A stretch of DNA of 63,795 nucleotides, taken from the NCBI RefSeq assembly GCF_002571385.2, contig NW_019217927.1, forward strand, positions 163,751-227,545. The letters are read 5' to 3'. The stretch comes from Stylophora pistillata (lineage: Eukaryota). Within the stretch, counting starts at the first letter, position 1. Every line of letters starts with the position of its first letter. Positions 27,248 through 42,397 of the stretch are shown piece after piece. A program made the translations under genes and the position numbers. The notes beneath the pieces are model-generated. The model searched no databases and was not told the DNA's origin. It worked only from the letters and a program-made list of their open reading frames with translations.

Positions 27248-29301
27248 GTTATATTTTCAAAAGTTTGTCTTACACGGAGTATTTGCATGCCATAATCGTC
27301 ACACATGGTTTGTATTCATGTCATGGCAGTCATGATTTTAGCACATATCTCTCTCAGACTACAGTAGCTTATAATGATTTTTCATGAGCCTATCTCTTCA
27401 TTCTCTATAGCTGACTATTATTGTTTCTTGACCCTACCTTTTTGAGGGACTGAAAAACTGTAACCCCCATGTTTTCCACAATGTCTCTCCGGCCCCAGGT
27501 CATTTCTAACATGACCCCTTTTTCAATTTTTTCTTTCCTGTACAATTTTGCATATGTTTGAAGATATCATGATTTCTTTTCGATCTATGAAATGATTCAA
27601 TCCCTGATAAAGCTGTTCCAAGATGTCTTTTAAAACATCCTTTGTGAGAAAGTGTGTGGGGTCAAGCCTGTATTTCTGGTGTGGTCGGCCGTTCTAATAA
27701 AGTTATTTTTTTTTTAATCAAAAAGGATTTGAGAGGATCGATTCCTCAGGGTTTAAACTTAGTGAAAGAGAATTTAGTCCTCAGCTCTTTTGTAAAGCTC
27801 ATATCTTCAGGTGAAATTGTTACAATGGGAAAAGTTCAGTGCAACAACTCATTAGTAACGATGATAACATTTTCAGCCTAGCCTTTTCCAGATTTCTAAC
27901 TGCATCATAACCTTATTTTGTAGGAACATTTCCGCTCTTCATCATCAATTTTCTAATCAAACCATGATCGCGAGGTTGCTTTAAATAGAATTTTTCCGCG
28001 GTCTCTGACAAAGATTGTTGCAAATTTGTTTGTACGACAACCTGGTCCAATCGTTTCTTCTGGTAAAGTAACAATTTCCATCAAATTAATTTATCTGCCG
28101 CGCTCTGACGGTAAATGAGTCTACCAGCAGGTTCCGCTTTTAATCGATCCAATGAAAACAAAGATGGAAACTCGGCCGAGCGCGAATAAATGAATAAGTG
28201 AAATGCATGGTGATGTAATGAACACATCTGTGAAGAAGGCAAAATGGCGACTGTGTAATTCTCTACCAACACACAACGTGTCGGAATTTAAGCAAAAATA
28301 TGTTGGAAAATCGAATTCACTGTAAGTGATCTGAATTTTTCTATGATTTATCTTTAATTTGTAGGAGCTTTTCGTGTTGTTTTGGCTGTCGGATTTTGTT
28401 TGGGTTACCAGTGAATCAAACTACCTGTTGTTAGATGAATTTTGAACCGCCTGGCCTAAAACTGTCGAACAATTTGGTCAAAATAGCATCCGATAAACCT
28501 CGAAACAGATTTTGTTTCCTCACGAGAAGTTTGATTCAAGTTTATATTTAAGAATTTAACTAAAGGCGAGATAAATATTTTTTTCGAGGCATCCGTGAAA
28601 TCTATGTCTGAGATTTAACTAACCATCATTAGGTCGTTAATCTGCGAGAAAATATAATAATCCGAAACATTTTTAGCTTTCTTTTTTTAGCTGGCAGATT
28701 TTTTCTCTGACCGAGTAAATTTTACACGAATTACAGGCTTATGATTCTCGGCCCGCAATGTGAGGTCAAACATTGATTCAAGCGGCGCCGCAGTAAATTG
28801 ATTTAGCCGCAAATGATGATGATAACTTCACGCGTGTTGATGGAACTACGGTTCAACCATACCTAACCCGATAGTAAGCCATGCCCAGAGGGCCTAGAGA
28901 TGATAAAGCACCACATTCTTTAACACAGAACAATAACAAATCGCAATTTCGGAGTCATACTGCCCTCAAGTAATTAGTTTTTAAAGGTGTGATATTATTT
29001 GGTAATGTTCGTTATGCATACTACTTCAAATATCAAATAAAAAAACAACTTTCCTCAGTAATTATCCATCACAAATAATGAATTAAATTTCTTTCACAGT
29101 CATAATAAATCCCGCAAAGAGTATCCCGAGTGTCTAATAGTTCGAGACAATCAAGTTAGAGCGACACACCTACTGGTGCGCACATATGACCACCCTTTGT
29201 CTTTTACGTACTTTTTCAGAAGATTCAACTACTGAGACCTTCCATGAAACAAACAGTTGCTCCCCATAAAGTAAACACTGTCGAGTGAGTTTCTTTCACC
29301 G

Positions 29302-32300
29302 ATGGAGGGACTCCCTTGGCGGATTACCTTACTCACTCTGTTCCTAACCGCCGGCGTCTTCTGTCGGTCAGGAAATCATAAACGCGAAGGTAAGCTCTGC
29401 ATCATTTTTCAATTACCTTTTTCCTTGCTTTGGACAAGGTTTGAATCACGCTTAGTAATATGCGACTGAACCGTTAGTTGCGACCAACGACCGTTCTACA
29501 ACCTGAGCCTTACCATAATTAATATCGACTGGAAATTATACTAAGAGTTTTAAGGATAACTTTCTAGGGCGTTTAGATCGAGCCCAGGCCGGGTTTCATG
29601 TGCGCGACTAAAACAGTAAAAGAGCTTATTACAGAAGAATGGAACGACCATATACTATGTTAGCGGGGAGGAAAAAACACCATTCGTAAGACTAGTTCTC
29701 AATTCGTGTCTTCCCCACATCGATCCCCGCATGCAACAATCTCGCACTTTTCTTTACAAGGTCCAGACAGACGACAGCTGTTCTCCCATACATCATCGCT
29801 ACCGGAATATACCAGCGATATTCCAGCACCCGTTGTTTTACCCTCTGGGTTGGTTCCTGACGCAGGGGCCGTCCCTCCGGTGGAGGCCATTGCGCCTGCT
29901 CCGCTCATAGCTCCTGCGCCCGCGATTTTACCATCAAACGCCATGAAGGAGAAGCAAAAAGAGTACGAAGAAGGTTGCTGCTTACTTACTCATTTCCCAT
30001 TCTTGTGTTTAGTTGCAAATAATTTAAACTTCGGATATTGATATGATATGTGATCTTGGGTTGTGGGTAGAGGAGCTTTAAAGTACTCTCGGCTGTTGAA
30101 TCGGAAATTTAAAATTCAAATCGTTTTTCCTTAGCCAAATGAGGCAATCGAAATCGCTAACCACCCTCCTTCTCCTCCCGTAAGCTCAAGAAAAGATAAA
30201 GAGGCCAAACTAGATGATAATTTCTTGCTACATGTGAAAATTTCAATTCACGAAAGCGTACTTTTCCTTCTAGGAAACAATAAACGCTATCAATTTCCCT
30301 TTCTTGCTGGAAACGAAATTCCTCAGTCACAATGGACTGGTCAGTTACCACAAGAGCCGGTGACGCAACAGTCCTCGCTTCCATTCTACGAGAATCAAAT
30401 GAATCAGTCTCCTGAGGGAAGCTTCACTGCGCAGCAGAATCAGCTTATGTCTTCACCTGCAGTGCCTATTGCCACCAACGAAATGTTCGACGACGCCACA
30501 AACCGAGATCAGCTCACCTCCACAAGTCTGTCATTTCTACAAAGTCAATATGAAACACACAACTCGCCTTCCAGCGCGAATAAGGTGGATTATTTTGAAC
30601 CCAATGAGAGCCAGGAAACACCACCTTATTTGGATTCAAAGCAGTTCGCAGACAATGGGCCAACAAAGGAAGACTTAAAAACAATCCAACCCCTTCTCGA
30701 GAGTGAGAATGACATTGCTAAAGCGATTATCAAAGATTCCTGGTCGCAAGGTAAGTTCTGGACCATTTTCCTACGATGTTCTTTTGTTTCGAAGCTTTCG
30801 ATCATGATCCAAGTTATGCTAGAGTTTCACGATTTTTTTAATACAGCAGAGTTGAGTTTCTTCTGAAGCCGCGCAAAAATCGTATTATGTTGTCTGTCTG
30901 TCTGTTTGTGTTTCTGTCTGTCTGGTTGTCCTGCTGGTTGTCTGTGTAGCAAATCTTCATGCAGCCACCAAATACGTTTGTCTTACAATGCTTCAGCTTG
31001 ATTGTTGGACCAAGAAACATTGAAAAATGTTGAATTTATAGATACAGCACTTTCGTCTCCGAGACAAGCTGTCACAGAGGGTCTGGCAACTTCGCACCAA
31101 ATGGCTAACGTGGACTTGAACAACAAACCAATTCTCAAAGAAAACCCTTCCAAGCAAGTAAACCATAATAATCTCGTCTCAGATCAACTGCTACAGGCTG
31201 TCTTGGGTCAAGAAAAGCCTTCCAAGCAAGTAAACCATAGTGACTTTGTTTCAGACCAGGACCTACCAGCTACCTCGAATAAACAAAACCCATCGTTTTC
31301 TTCACAAGCAACACTTTCGTCATCAGTAAAAACAGTCGATAAAATTCCCAGTGACGACTCATCAATACTAACCACAAACTCAACAAAACAACACGGATAC
31401 AACTTAGTGGCGCCATTCCTTAAAATGATGTCGTCTTCTATGAAAAATAATTCCACAAAGATGAATTTGTCTATTTCAGACTCCCACAAAGAATGGTTTT
31501 CCAACGCCACGGTAACAAAGGAAAACAGTACAAAGGCTTCTTCTAAGAACGACCAGTCAACAACGAAAGCATATACAGCCGCCGATTATTTACAAAGTCT
31601 TTATCCAGAGCTATCGGTCTTCAAAGCACCTTTTGAAATAGATGAAAAGAATCCATCGAAGGCTTCATCTTTTCTACAATCAGTTCAATTGTCAACATTG
31701 TCACCGTTGTCATCTTTGCTTTCCAGGAATCGAACAGTTCACGACAACAGCTCTTTGACCTCAATTAAGAATATGGTTGGGTCGAATAAACTCTCCCCAG
31801 AAATGCAACGTAAAATTCAAAAGGTCCTCCAAATGTCTTTATTGCAATCATCTAAGTCTAGGGAAAGATCTACGGTTAAACAAAGTTCTCACATACGGGG
31901 GTACCTATCTTCGGCAGCGGACATGCTCTTGACAAGATCGAGAAAACCATCAGGGAAGAAAGCACCAGGTTACAGGTATCTGACAGAAGCTGGTGCCAAA
32001 CTTCTGCCGGCGCATATCTTCTCACCGCTTGGAAGTGAGTTTAAGGACTCTTTAGGCTACACTTCCCTTCAATCTAGGACAAGCCCCTCGACGCTGGTCC
32101 AAGCAAATGGCACACGACCGACAGGAGGAACCATTGCTCCCATTGAGCCAACCCAAATGGGAATAATTCAGCCTAAAAGCAATGCTAAAGTAGAACCTAC
32201 TGGCTCTCTAGCCATTAAATCAACGCAATTTGGACTGATTCCAAGCCCACCAAAGGGTCTAGCCCAGAAAGATACAATTGGCGGTAGCAAACTGTTAATT

Positions 32301-35300
32301 AAAAGACCGAGAAAAACACATCTGTTGTCACTTACAAAGAAGAAAGAATCGACGTTTAACACAACAGCAGCTACAAAGAACTCTGATAATCCAACACAGC
32401 CTGGATTTGTTCCATCTGTAACTGTGCCAACCAAGGCTGTTCTGTCCGAACCGGCCATTCCAACTAAAGAGAGAGTGCTACCCACTGAAACTGAAGCAAA
32501 ACTGAAGAAAAGTGTGTTTCAAAAAGATAACGGTGTAAAGCACGGTCGCGAAAGAAACAAACCAAAGATTAGTTCTATCAAACAAAGATCATCCTTAGAT
32601 GAAATGACAGTAATTAAAGGCCATACAGAATCCTTAGTGTCTCCCTTACGGGAGAAGGCAAGGCCAGAAAGTCGAAGTTACTTCGGGAGCAGCAGATTTC
32701 ACGTTTTAAAAAGTCTTGTGTCAGATCGTTCTTCAGATCACTCCAGAGTACGAAGACAAGTACTACTCCCGTTGCCACTCCTACAAGGGAACGGAAATCC
32801 CCAACAGTTTGAGCAATCGTTATTTCCTGGACAAGTTCCTGACCCACCGTTTTTACCCACCTTGCCACAGCTGCAGCAACCAGTTCCACAATATTTACCA
32901 ACACAGTCTTTACCAGGTTTCTTACCACAATTCGCCCCTGCTCCTCAAGCGATGGATCAACTTTCATTGTTAGGACAGCCAGGTAAACTCTCAAACCCTT
33001 TTTGAAAGTGATACGAGCATTAATGAGCCACCTTAAATTTTTGTTTTGCCCTCATTTCAGATTTGAGTATAAGCTTTTGTGTTCATCCTCAGAGGATCAT
33101 GCCTGTACATAAGGGCCTTTCAACTCTGTCTTATCATGTCTAACAAATATGTAGGTCAGTCGTCGCTAACATTTTGTAACGGCAGCGAGTATGTTGCTCA
33201 CAGAAACCTATTCCCACCCTAAGAAGTAAGTTACAGTTTTTGATTTCATGCAATTTACCACAACCCTAACAGAAGTACTGGTAATTGTATTTAATATAGC
33301 AACGAAGGTGCTGAATTGATTTATTAGAATGAGGAAACCTTGCTAAAGGCGAACGAAAAACCAAACAAAATCGAAAGAAACCACCGAATTACCCAAGGAC
33401 GACAAACTGGTTTGGGAACCTCGGAGAGTACTCCAGTAAAGAGCTTTCCTATCACTTTCAGGCAACAAAATTGGCTGGATGTACCAGTATTGTAAGAAAA
33501 ATTGACAAGATTTAACAAACAGAACTTTTGACATTTTTTTTTTTCATAGACGCACGTTCTCAGTTTCCTCTACAACAACCATTAAATAATCAAATCCCTC
33601 AGTCTCTATTCGCACCTCAGCAGCCGTTTCCAGACTCCGGAATCTCCTTTCGTGCTCCGCCTCAACCCTCATTACAGCAACTCAGCAGCACTTTAGGTTT
33701 GACACCCCTTCAACACGTCTTGCCCCAGCGGACTTCTCAAACAAGAAGCGGCTTCGCTCTGAACGAGCCTATGAGCTCTCTTGGTCAAGACCTTTCGCCC
33801 GTGACGGTCAATGTTCCCATGGCGGCCCCGCAGAAGATTCCAAGTTTTCTGACAGCGAGTCAGGTGTACAGAGACTTTGAGGATGTCAATTCTAGGTCAC
33901 ATTTGTCAGATGATATTATTGGAAGTCAAAGTAAGTTTTTAAATGTTATATGATTTTCTTAATTTAATCAGTCCGACTGATTCATTTGCAGTCCCGGAAA
34001 AATTACAGTGCCATCGGCTCAGGGCTCTCTCGCTATTAGCAATAGCTGACTCGTGTGTCATGAGAGAAATATTCAGTTTTCAGGCGAGCGTCGAGAGCAG
34101 TCCGGAATTGTATAGATTTAGCTTTATTCTACGGTGATCTCGTAACAAATTGTTGACAATTTGGATAAGAACCAGTACCCTCTTGATTACTCAAGGTGAT
34201 CCCGCCAGAAATGAATTTAATCCAGAGGATGATCAGTTGCCAGAGGAACCGAAATACGACAAGTTCGCATTTGAAAATGACAAGAAAATGTGGGGATTAG
34301 ACAACGACTTCAGTGAGGATGAGGACATAGATGGTATGGGTTCGCACGGCAGGAAAGAACGCAGATTACATCATAACTCAGGTGCGGTAGCCACTGAAAT
34401 TATTTGTTCTGATGATTCACTGTCTCTCTATTGGAAATGTACCTAAAAAAACATACTAAAATTTTCAGTTCTCGTAACTTGATTTTTCAGAATATTCATA
34501 TGGCATTGACGAATCGCATCCCACTTCTAGCTTGAGATACGGCTCAGGAGGAAGAAGGCATTACCGTCCCAGACCTCTAAATGGTGAACATTGGGTTGAT
34601 GAGGATACTACTGACCGACTGAATGGAAAAGGAATCATTGGACATAACGAAGGAATTGATGAGGAGTTGAACGATTTTGGAGCTCACCCTGCAGGTGCAG
34701 ATACAAAAATTCATTTCGTTTATTCATTCATTTTACTTCCTTTCTTTCTGCAGATGTTTGCAATTATTATAAAATGCTTCTTTAGGGAAAAGGAAAGTGC
34801 ACCTTCGTAGAGGCCAAAGATGACAAAGGCCGACGCACTTTCTCACTATGAGCAAAACTCACGTACCGGCAGAATGCAAAGAAGATTTTAAGAATTTCGC
34901 TTGAGATATCGCTATTAGATGTTGCCAGGATTTTATTTTTCTTCACTGATCTCGGTAGTTGTCTATCAAGTCTGTACGACTTAATAACAGACGGTTTCTT
35001 TGATCTTTAAAATCTCCAACTTTTTGCCTGTTCTGTTTCAATTTGATGCCAGCTTTGGTCGATCAGCGGGGTACAGTGAGTTGAATTTATCTCTTCTAGA
35101 CGAGTAAAGGCTATTTCGCAGACGGGTGATTTTTGGAGTATCCGGGATGAATAGACGTATATTACATTTGTACAGCTACATCATCGCAATTGTTGACTTT
35201 TTTTCCCCTTAATTTACACACATGTGGATGATTTATGTCACAACACGCAGATGAAACGACCGAAAATGCCATAAAAGAAGATTCTTACGAGACTCACCAC

Positions 35301-38300
35301 CACAAATACCACCATTCCCCGAAGCACATTAGACCCGGTACAGACGACGAAGAAGGCAACGAGCCCAGTGAAAAAACTAAAACAACGGAATCAGAAACGG
35401 GTGTACCAGTCAGCGATACTGACACAGTAGAACCAGACACAGACTCATCTGAAGATAGCGAACAGGAACACCAATCTGAGGCAAATATCTCAAATGACAA
35501 GACTGAAAGGGATGAGGAACTTAAGGATGGTTTGGAAGGTTTGTTCTTACATCCATCGTTTAACTCTCAGGATAGTCCAAAGTTAAATAAACACATTTGT
35601 TATGAAATTTAACAAGTTTCTTTGTTAATTGTAAATCTATGGTCAGATTTCTGGGACTTGCTCGTGCACAAAGTTTCACAGCCTTCCAATCATAATAAGC
35701 GAATTATCCAATAAAAATCTTGTCAGTGATAATGAGAGAACAAGAAAACAGAAGATTGTGCACTACTGGGTAGCTCTCGACATAGATTAAAGCACTTTTG
35801 TTTCCGTATCTGATTTTGCTGACTTTCAGAAAATCATGATTGCCTCATCTAACCTTGATTAGTCTGGAAAGGGTACCTTCGTTTAACATCGTCTCATTCA
35901 ATTTACTTCAAAGCAGCTTTTACTATCGTTATGCATTAAATTTAAACAATGGGCGTTGTTCTTTCTATCTAAAAGTGATTTTCATCTAAAAGAATGTCTA
36001 AGTTTATACTTTATTCCTTAGAATCTCCAAGTGAAGAATCTCCCGGTGTTTCCCCTTCAACTACCTCCTCAGTATCCTCACCCAAGCCAAGTACGTTGGA
36101 TAGGATCATTACCGTTGTAATTTTAAAAAATTCCTAGGTGCAACTTCTCCCCGCTATAATTCAGACCACTTTTCAGTTAACTGTCGTAATTACAACTATA
36201 ACAAAATTCTCGAACGTGATTAGTTATCACCAATCCGATTCGAGCACTAATAGGACAGCGTAAGTGTCAGGCTTGTAATTAGACAATGTAATAGAACAGT
36301 TAAGGGGCAATTAACACTTCATTCCTTTGTTAGTGGACAGAACGCGTCGTGTGTGCGCGCTGTTGTCGCGCATTTCGCCGAGTTAACAGTTGTCAATGTA
36401 TAGTTTCTTTTTCGAATTTTGTAATAGTTTTGATTAATTGGTAAAAAGACTTCGTGTCGTCAAATTCTGTCTGTAATCATAATCGTGATTAACAAATCGA
36501 CTCCCGCTTCGCGGTCATCCAATTTTGTTAATCGCTCGCATGATTATAGACCGAATTGGACTCCATTCGGCCCTACTACCGTTACACTGAACTACTACTA
36601 GATCGCCTTGTTTTTGCTTACCGCGTTGTAATTTGTCTTAAACTCGTGCCAGCCTCTCCGCTAATCAGGCGCAGCTTGGTCAGAGAAGTTTTCCCTCGCT
36701 TTTCATTAAGTAGTTTTCCTGGTTTTCTTTGAGCTCTATTATCCCTTTAACTAAAATTAACTTTTATTTCGATTACCCTTTGTGATTACTTTAGTCGAAA
36801 AGCGCTCTTCGATCAAAAGACAGAAACAAGCTTTAAGACTGAGCGTACTCAGGGAATGTACTCACAATTGCAAACTTATTTTTCTCGTTGACTCCTCTTT
36901 CAGCATTGCGTCGAGGGCCTTTTATGGGTTTGTCACATACGATTAAAAAAAAGATAGAGAGATAGTAAGCATTGATATTTTATAATCTATCAGAGATATA
37001 GAACTTACATCACAAGTAACAAACCATGCGATAATTTTCAGCGCCAGGTCCACCCTCATCGACCATGAAAGAAGAAATCATCAAGAAACTAGGTAAGTGT
37101 TTCTTTCTGGTTTATAGGTAGTAGCCAGAAGCTAGGTAATAACTGTAATATGCAGCAACATCCAAGAACTATGTAGATGTAAGACGTTTCATAAGGTATG
37201 TAAATTAATCATTTAATTTGCCTACTATTTTTTTTCTCAGCTCGAAGTGCTGTGATGCACTTAAATTTTGACAGCGCGCCTGTCAAACCCGCAGACAACG
37301 CTGTACACGATCAGTCTGGGAACAAAAATGACGCAGATCTTTCCAACGGAGCTGAAATATCAAACCGGACAATGGGTACGTAAAGATAACTAAACAGAAT
37401 GTTTGTGGAAATGTAGTCAACTGCCTTTGTGCAATAAGCATCCATCCATCACTTAACCAAAGCCTAATATTCATCTCTCATCTGTTAATTCTTATGCGTT
37501 CTACAAAGGAACCTTAATATGGTAGCCTTTTTAGGCGTACAGTTACACTGATGAGTGATGATATTATAGCGCTAAGTGATAAAAAGAGAGTGAGGCGTGG
37601 GGTGTATTGTTCTTGTAACCTGTCTCAAACCACCCTCCTTTTCTCCGTCTGCGCTACTATTTCGCATCGTCTATAACTGAACATCTGGGCTCGGCTATAG
37701 TATGACTCAGAGGCGGATCTAGGCGAAGGGGTAAAAAAAATCGTAGAAGGAAGAAAAGCCAGCAGGAGTATAACGATGGGAGCCCACAGCACACTTAATC
37801 ACACAATTGTGCTTTTCAGGCTCGTGTGGTCGTGTTGCTGACCTTAAACATGGTGAAGTCATGTACAAAGCTAATCACTTCACAAGGAAACCAACCAAAG
37901 CAGCTTCCATAGCCATGTGGATTAAGTCCCGCAAGACTGGTCTCGTTCGGTGGTTTGATGTCGACGACGGTAAGGAAGATGACAGTGGAAAGAAAATGGT
38001 GAAAGTTCCAAAGAATCAATGGATTCACCTGGCAGGAACTTTTGACTCTAAGGATGGAATTGCTCGAGTTTATGTGAATGGTAAACTGATCTCTGAAACA
38101 GTTGGCAAGAAAAACAAAGGATTGCCAGACGATTTTACTGCCACAGGAATAGGACAGAAATTTGGCGATAAGTTCATCTCCTTTCTAGATGATGTTTTCA
38201 TGTTTGATCGAGTTATCACTCCAGCGGAAGTTAAAATGCTCTATAAAAAGTGCGAGTTTAATCGAATGGTCCTTCACTACGGATTCCAAAAAGCGAACGT

Positions 38301-40509
38301 GACTACTCACCAGGTAATGGATCAATCAGGTCTGGATAACAATGCTACCCTGGAGGGAGGTAAGAGGTGGAGCAATTTTCTTTTAAGCGTCGAGAGCACA
38401 CCGGAATTACTTTAGTTTTGATTGGTCAAGGACATTCTTGCTGACCTTCAACCAATCAGATGCAAGAATAAAACCGAATTGGTCACTCGCGCTTCCTTCG
38501 CTCCAGGCAGTTTGCGCGGCTTTACTTAGAACTCTTACTGGCTTTTTGTGATCGCCTCTTTTCATTACTTTGGTTTTTGTCTTGAGAAATTTAATCGTTA
38601 AGCGTTGTACAACTGTAATAAGGCGCATTTGAAAACCTCTGTGTCGCAACATAGTATATGGACTTTCCCTGATCCTCACTTTGATGGATCAAAACATCAT
38701 CGAACTATTTTAGAAAAAACCCTTCAGTCTCAATTTAATTTCCTCATACTCTGCTTTAAGGCATACAAGGGAACCAAATGCACACTATGCAAAAGTAGCA
38801 AAAGATATCGATAACAGATAGATTTCAAACTGAATTTGAGTACAAACGTTATCGTAAAATTTGCAGCAGGTTAAGGTCGATTTGTTCAAACGTATTAGCT
38901 AGCCACTAGTGACGTTTCATGATCGCACTTGCCACTTCGTGACTGGCCTTTATCATTATCTCAGAGAGCCATATCATCAAGAGTAACACATATATACTGA
39001 TTTAGTGGTGGTTATGCCTTCATTTCCAATCCCAGGGGCACACATCTTAAACAGTGGTTGTGACAAATGTGGCGCGTGTTTAGACGCATCCAATGATAAA
39101 ATGCCCAGCGTGTATCTTGATGGGAAAAACTTTCACCACAAACCTAACACAGCTATTTCAATTGCATCCTGGATCAGTTTAAACCAAACTAAGGGACGTC
39201 ATTCTATATTCCAAGCCGTGAGCAACAAGCACAACGATGAATGGCACGACATTTACAACTTGGAGGTAGTGAACGGAAAACTTCACTGGCGACACAAAAC
39301 CTCTAACGGTGACGTAGCGTTTGACGTCAAGACTGACGATGTTGCAATACCTGAAGGGCTCTGGAGTCATGTGACTGCCACGTACAGCGCAGAATCCGGT
39401 GACGCTAAGATCTACGTGAACGGTTTGTTGAAAGGAACTTATGGCAATCCCCGCAAACCAAAGCTTTCCGATTCTTGGGGTCGCATTTTGATAGGGGGTC
39501 ATCTACCTGATGGCAGAAATTTTGGTGGACTCTTGGATGAGATTTTCATATACAACTGGGAACTGGATCAGTCTGAGGTGCGCTTTGTGTTAAAATACTG
39601 CGCTGACAAACCAAAGCTTGTCTCCTTTACGGTGCGCGTGCCGCTGTTCAAACGACAAAGAGTTCAGAGTGCTCCCACAGCCTTGCGATTTTTATAGTCA
39701 CAGAAAATTTGCAAATAGAGGGCACGTTTTAATAATGTTGAAAACATTTTTTCAAATGTTTTAAGAGAGCTGCAGACTCAGCAGTAATTATCCATGAGCT
39801 GACATTTTGTTATTGATCGACGATAACTCGTTTTTGGTGTGAAAATAAAAGTGATATTTGAATTTCGACCAGGAAAGTTGACTCTGATTCAGAGATTCAT
39901 AGTTAGTAAAACTCAGAACAATAATTTTTTAGAAATGTTATAATCGTGCTCTCTGATTCCAAAGCATAGAAAGATTAAAAGGATAAGTAGGATCGTTGAA
40001 TCCTTTATCCTTGCATTTTGAAATCTTGAAATCAAAGAAAAGGAAATATGAAAAATGAATGAATAGAAGGATAGAATAGAATATCTGCTTCAGTTGCTTT
40101 TGCAAAAAATGAAATATCAAACACAGCTTGGCTATTAATGAATGAAATAAACATTTTTGACAGGGAGCTGTCAGCCAAGTTTCGTGTTTCACTAAAGCTG
40201 GCACATTACGTGAACGGATCGTGACAAACGCCTTTTTACGCGTGAGATGAATGCCACTGAAGCATGTATATATGTAAGAGAAGAGGAGCAAATCACGTGA
40301 AACGCAAGTATTTGGTTTAAATTCTTTTCTTGATTGGACAAGAAGGGCAGAATCTATATGCGATAGATTCCATCCAGGTACAGTTCCTTGATCTCAGGCT
40401 GTTATGGCAAACGGAGGGAGTAAATTAAAGTTAACTTTGGTAAAGTTGAAATTCATTTAAACCCATTTATCTCAAAGGTTTGCTTTCATAGGAGGTATTT
40501 AGTGCTTGA
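29302..40509 (+). CDS. Large secreted protein: signal peptide, long S/T/P/Q-rich region, acidic/His-rich linker, two C-terminal LamG/concanavalin A-like domains
   Basis: MEGLPWRITLLTLFLTAGVFC signal peptide, then approx 14 exons (e.g. 29760-29972, 30273-30750, approx 31000-32981, 33550-33929, 37820-38358, 39035-39631). LamG3 motifs WIHLAGTFD...VYVNG...LDDVFMF and WSHVTATY...IYVNG...LDEIFIYN. The last mini-exon 40492-40509 is tentative. Confidence 0.78.
36188..36585. mobile_element. Degenerate Crypton-like repeat with terminal hairpin (intronic)
   Basis: Imperfect 3' hairpin centred on CCGCTTCGCGG; same architecture as 13908-14434. Confidence 0.45.
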
Positions 40510-42397
40510 AAGAATCGAAAGGCATATCCCGCGCCAGAAAATAAAGGATTGTTCGTTATATGATACGAAATGTAAGGCTACTTATCCTTGATTAACGAAG
40601 CTTTACACGTAGGGAAGATGAGAGATAAGCCCGCAGGTGCGCGCGCAGTATACGTTTCGTTGAAAAAACACCGACCTTAATGCGCTGCGCAACATCCTCT
40701 CTTACGTGGAGACCACTGTTATCTCTTTATCTAAATTTATGTTTACACTTGTCAACGAACTCTTGCAATTTGTTGTATTACATTGTCCATGTTACGCTGT
40801 AAGATTTGCACTAAAATTGCTCCTGCTCACATGTCAATGTTTGGGGTTCTTTGCTCTTAAGGCCTTATAATCCGCTATGAAAAATATGAGTTAAGTGACT
40901 TAGTGGCTAATAATGCTAATGACAGTTTGTGCACAACTTTTATTCAACATCACGTTTAATTACCCTTGTGAGTTAATCTTTTTAAAATTGTTTATGAATT
41001 ATGCACAACTACTTACGCAAACCTCTTTCTATTAAAAAAACGAAACCCAATTAAGTTTTTATATGATTCTTCAAGTATTAATATTTTAGTTGATTTGAAG
41101 AACTGATCATGAATCACATTTCACATGCTCCACTGAAATATGTTAGCCAGAAGAGTTTTCATCCATATTGCAAAAGGTTTCTGAAGTGCTCGTTAAATTT
41201 TAATGTCTACCAGTAAGGCGAACATGAAAAATCTGAGCCGTTTCTTTGTGACTTTCTCTTACCTTCATCTCCTGTTTTTTCAATTTGCCTGCGACAGGGA
41301 ACGTTCGGGAACTCGACTTTTGTTAGTTTTCTTTGGAACTCGCTATATGTAATGTGAGTAAGATTTTCATCCGAAATCAATACTCATTTAAAATTATTAC
41401 CATCTGGAAATGATGAACGCAAAAATTTTAATTAGTTCGTGCCAATTTCTCTCGTTATCATCACACCGACTGGAAAAAACAAAGCATCACATTGCGGTCA
41501 GCAGATTGCACGAAATAGTAAAACTTTCGCAGCATGTTTTCCTGAAGCCGAACTTGAACATTTGAGTAAAATTAGCATAAGCATCGTTGTAGTAAAACTG
41601 AATTAAAACAATCCAATTTGGGGGTAGATCTCGTTGCAAAACTGATAGTCTATTTGTATTTACATAACAGCTGGCTGCATCAATATTCATGCAGGGAGTA
41701 AAGATCGGAACTCAGTTGACTTCAAATGTACTGGTTCCTTTTTGGAGTTGAGGTTATTGGAAGGGGCAATACATAGCATCAGCAAATCTTTTAATGTCTG
41801 AAATATGTTGAACTCGCATCAGCTGTAGTATCAGTAAGATTTAAGAACTCGAGGTGTATTTAACCAAACTGGGAATGGATAACTCCACGGATGTAGGGTA
41901 AAGTTCTTATTTAATGAGAAAAAGCCCAATTCTAAAAATGATAATACGGAAGAATATGCAAGTCCTAATAATCGTTTCTAACCAATTTTCGGATGACTTA
42001 GTCATTCCACCAACATCATTTTTAAAGCGAACAGTACATTTAAAACTTCCCCTTTGGCTTGTGTTAGCCTTTTGCGGTTAAAGTCATCGCTAATGAAATC
42101 GAAAGCATGTGTTAATGAAGACAGAAATATTAATCATTACGTCTTGTGTCGTTCTATTTGTTTTTCGGTGACCAGAAATACAGATTGCTTTTTTCTTATA
42201 TGCTTGTACACGAGCCAATCATTGTTCGTAAAAGTGTTTTTTAATGAGTTAATACATTTTCAAAACACGAGGTTGCATTAGAAGCCAAGATTACCGATAA
42301 TGGGCAATCGGAGGACACCGACGATAAAATATCATAATTTTTTCAAGAATACGTATCTTCTATATAAACAAATTCGCTGTTTTTCATAAAAGATTTA

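Noticed and set aside
27400-28100. Coding-looking minus-strand stretch
   Set aside because: Multiple stops in the frames I read and no recognisable motif.
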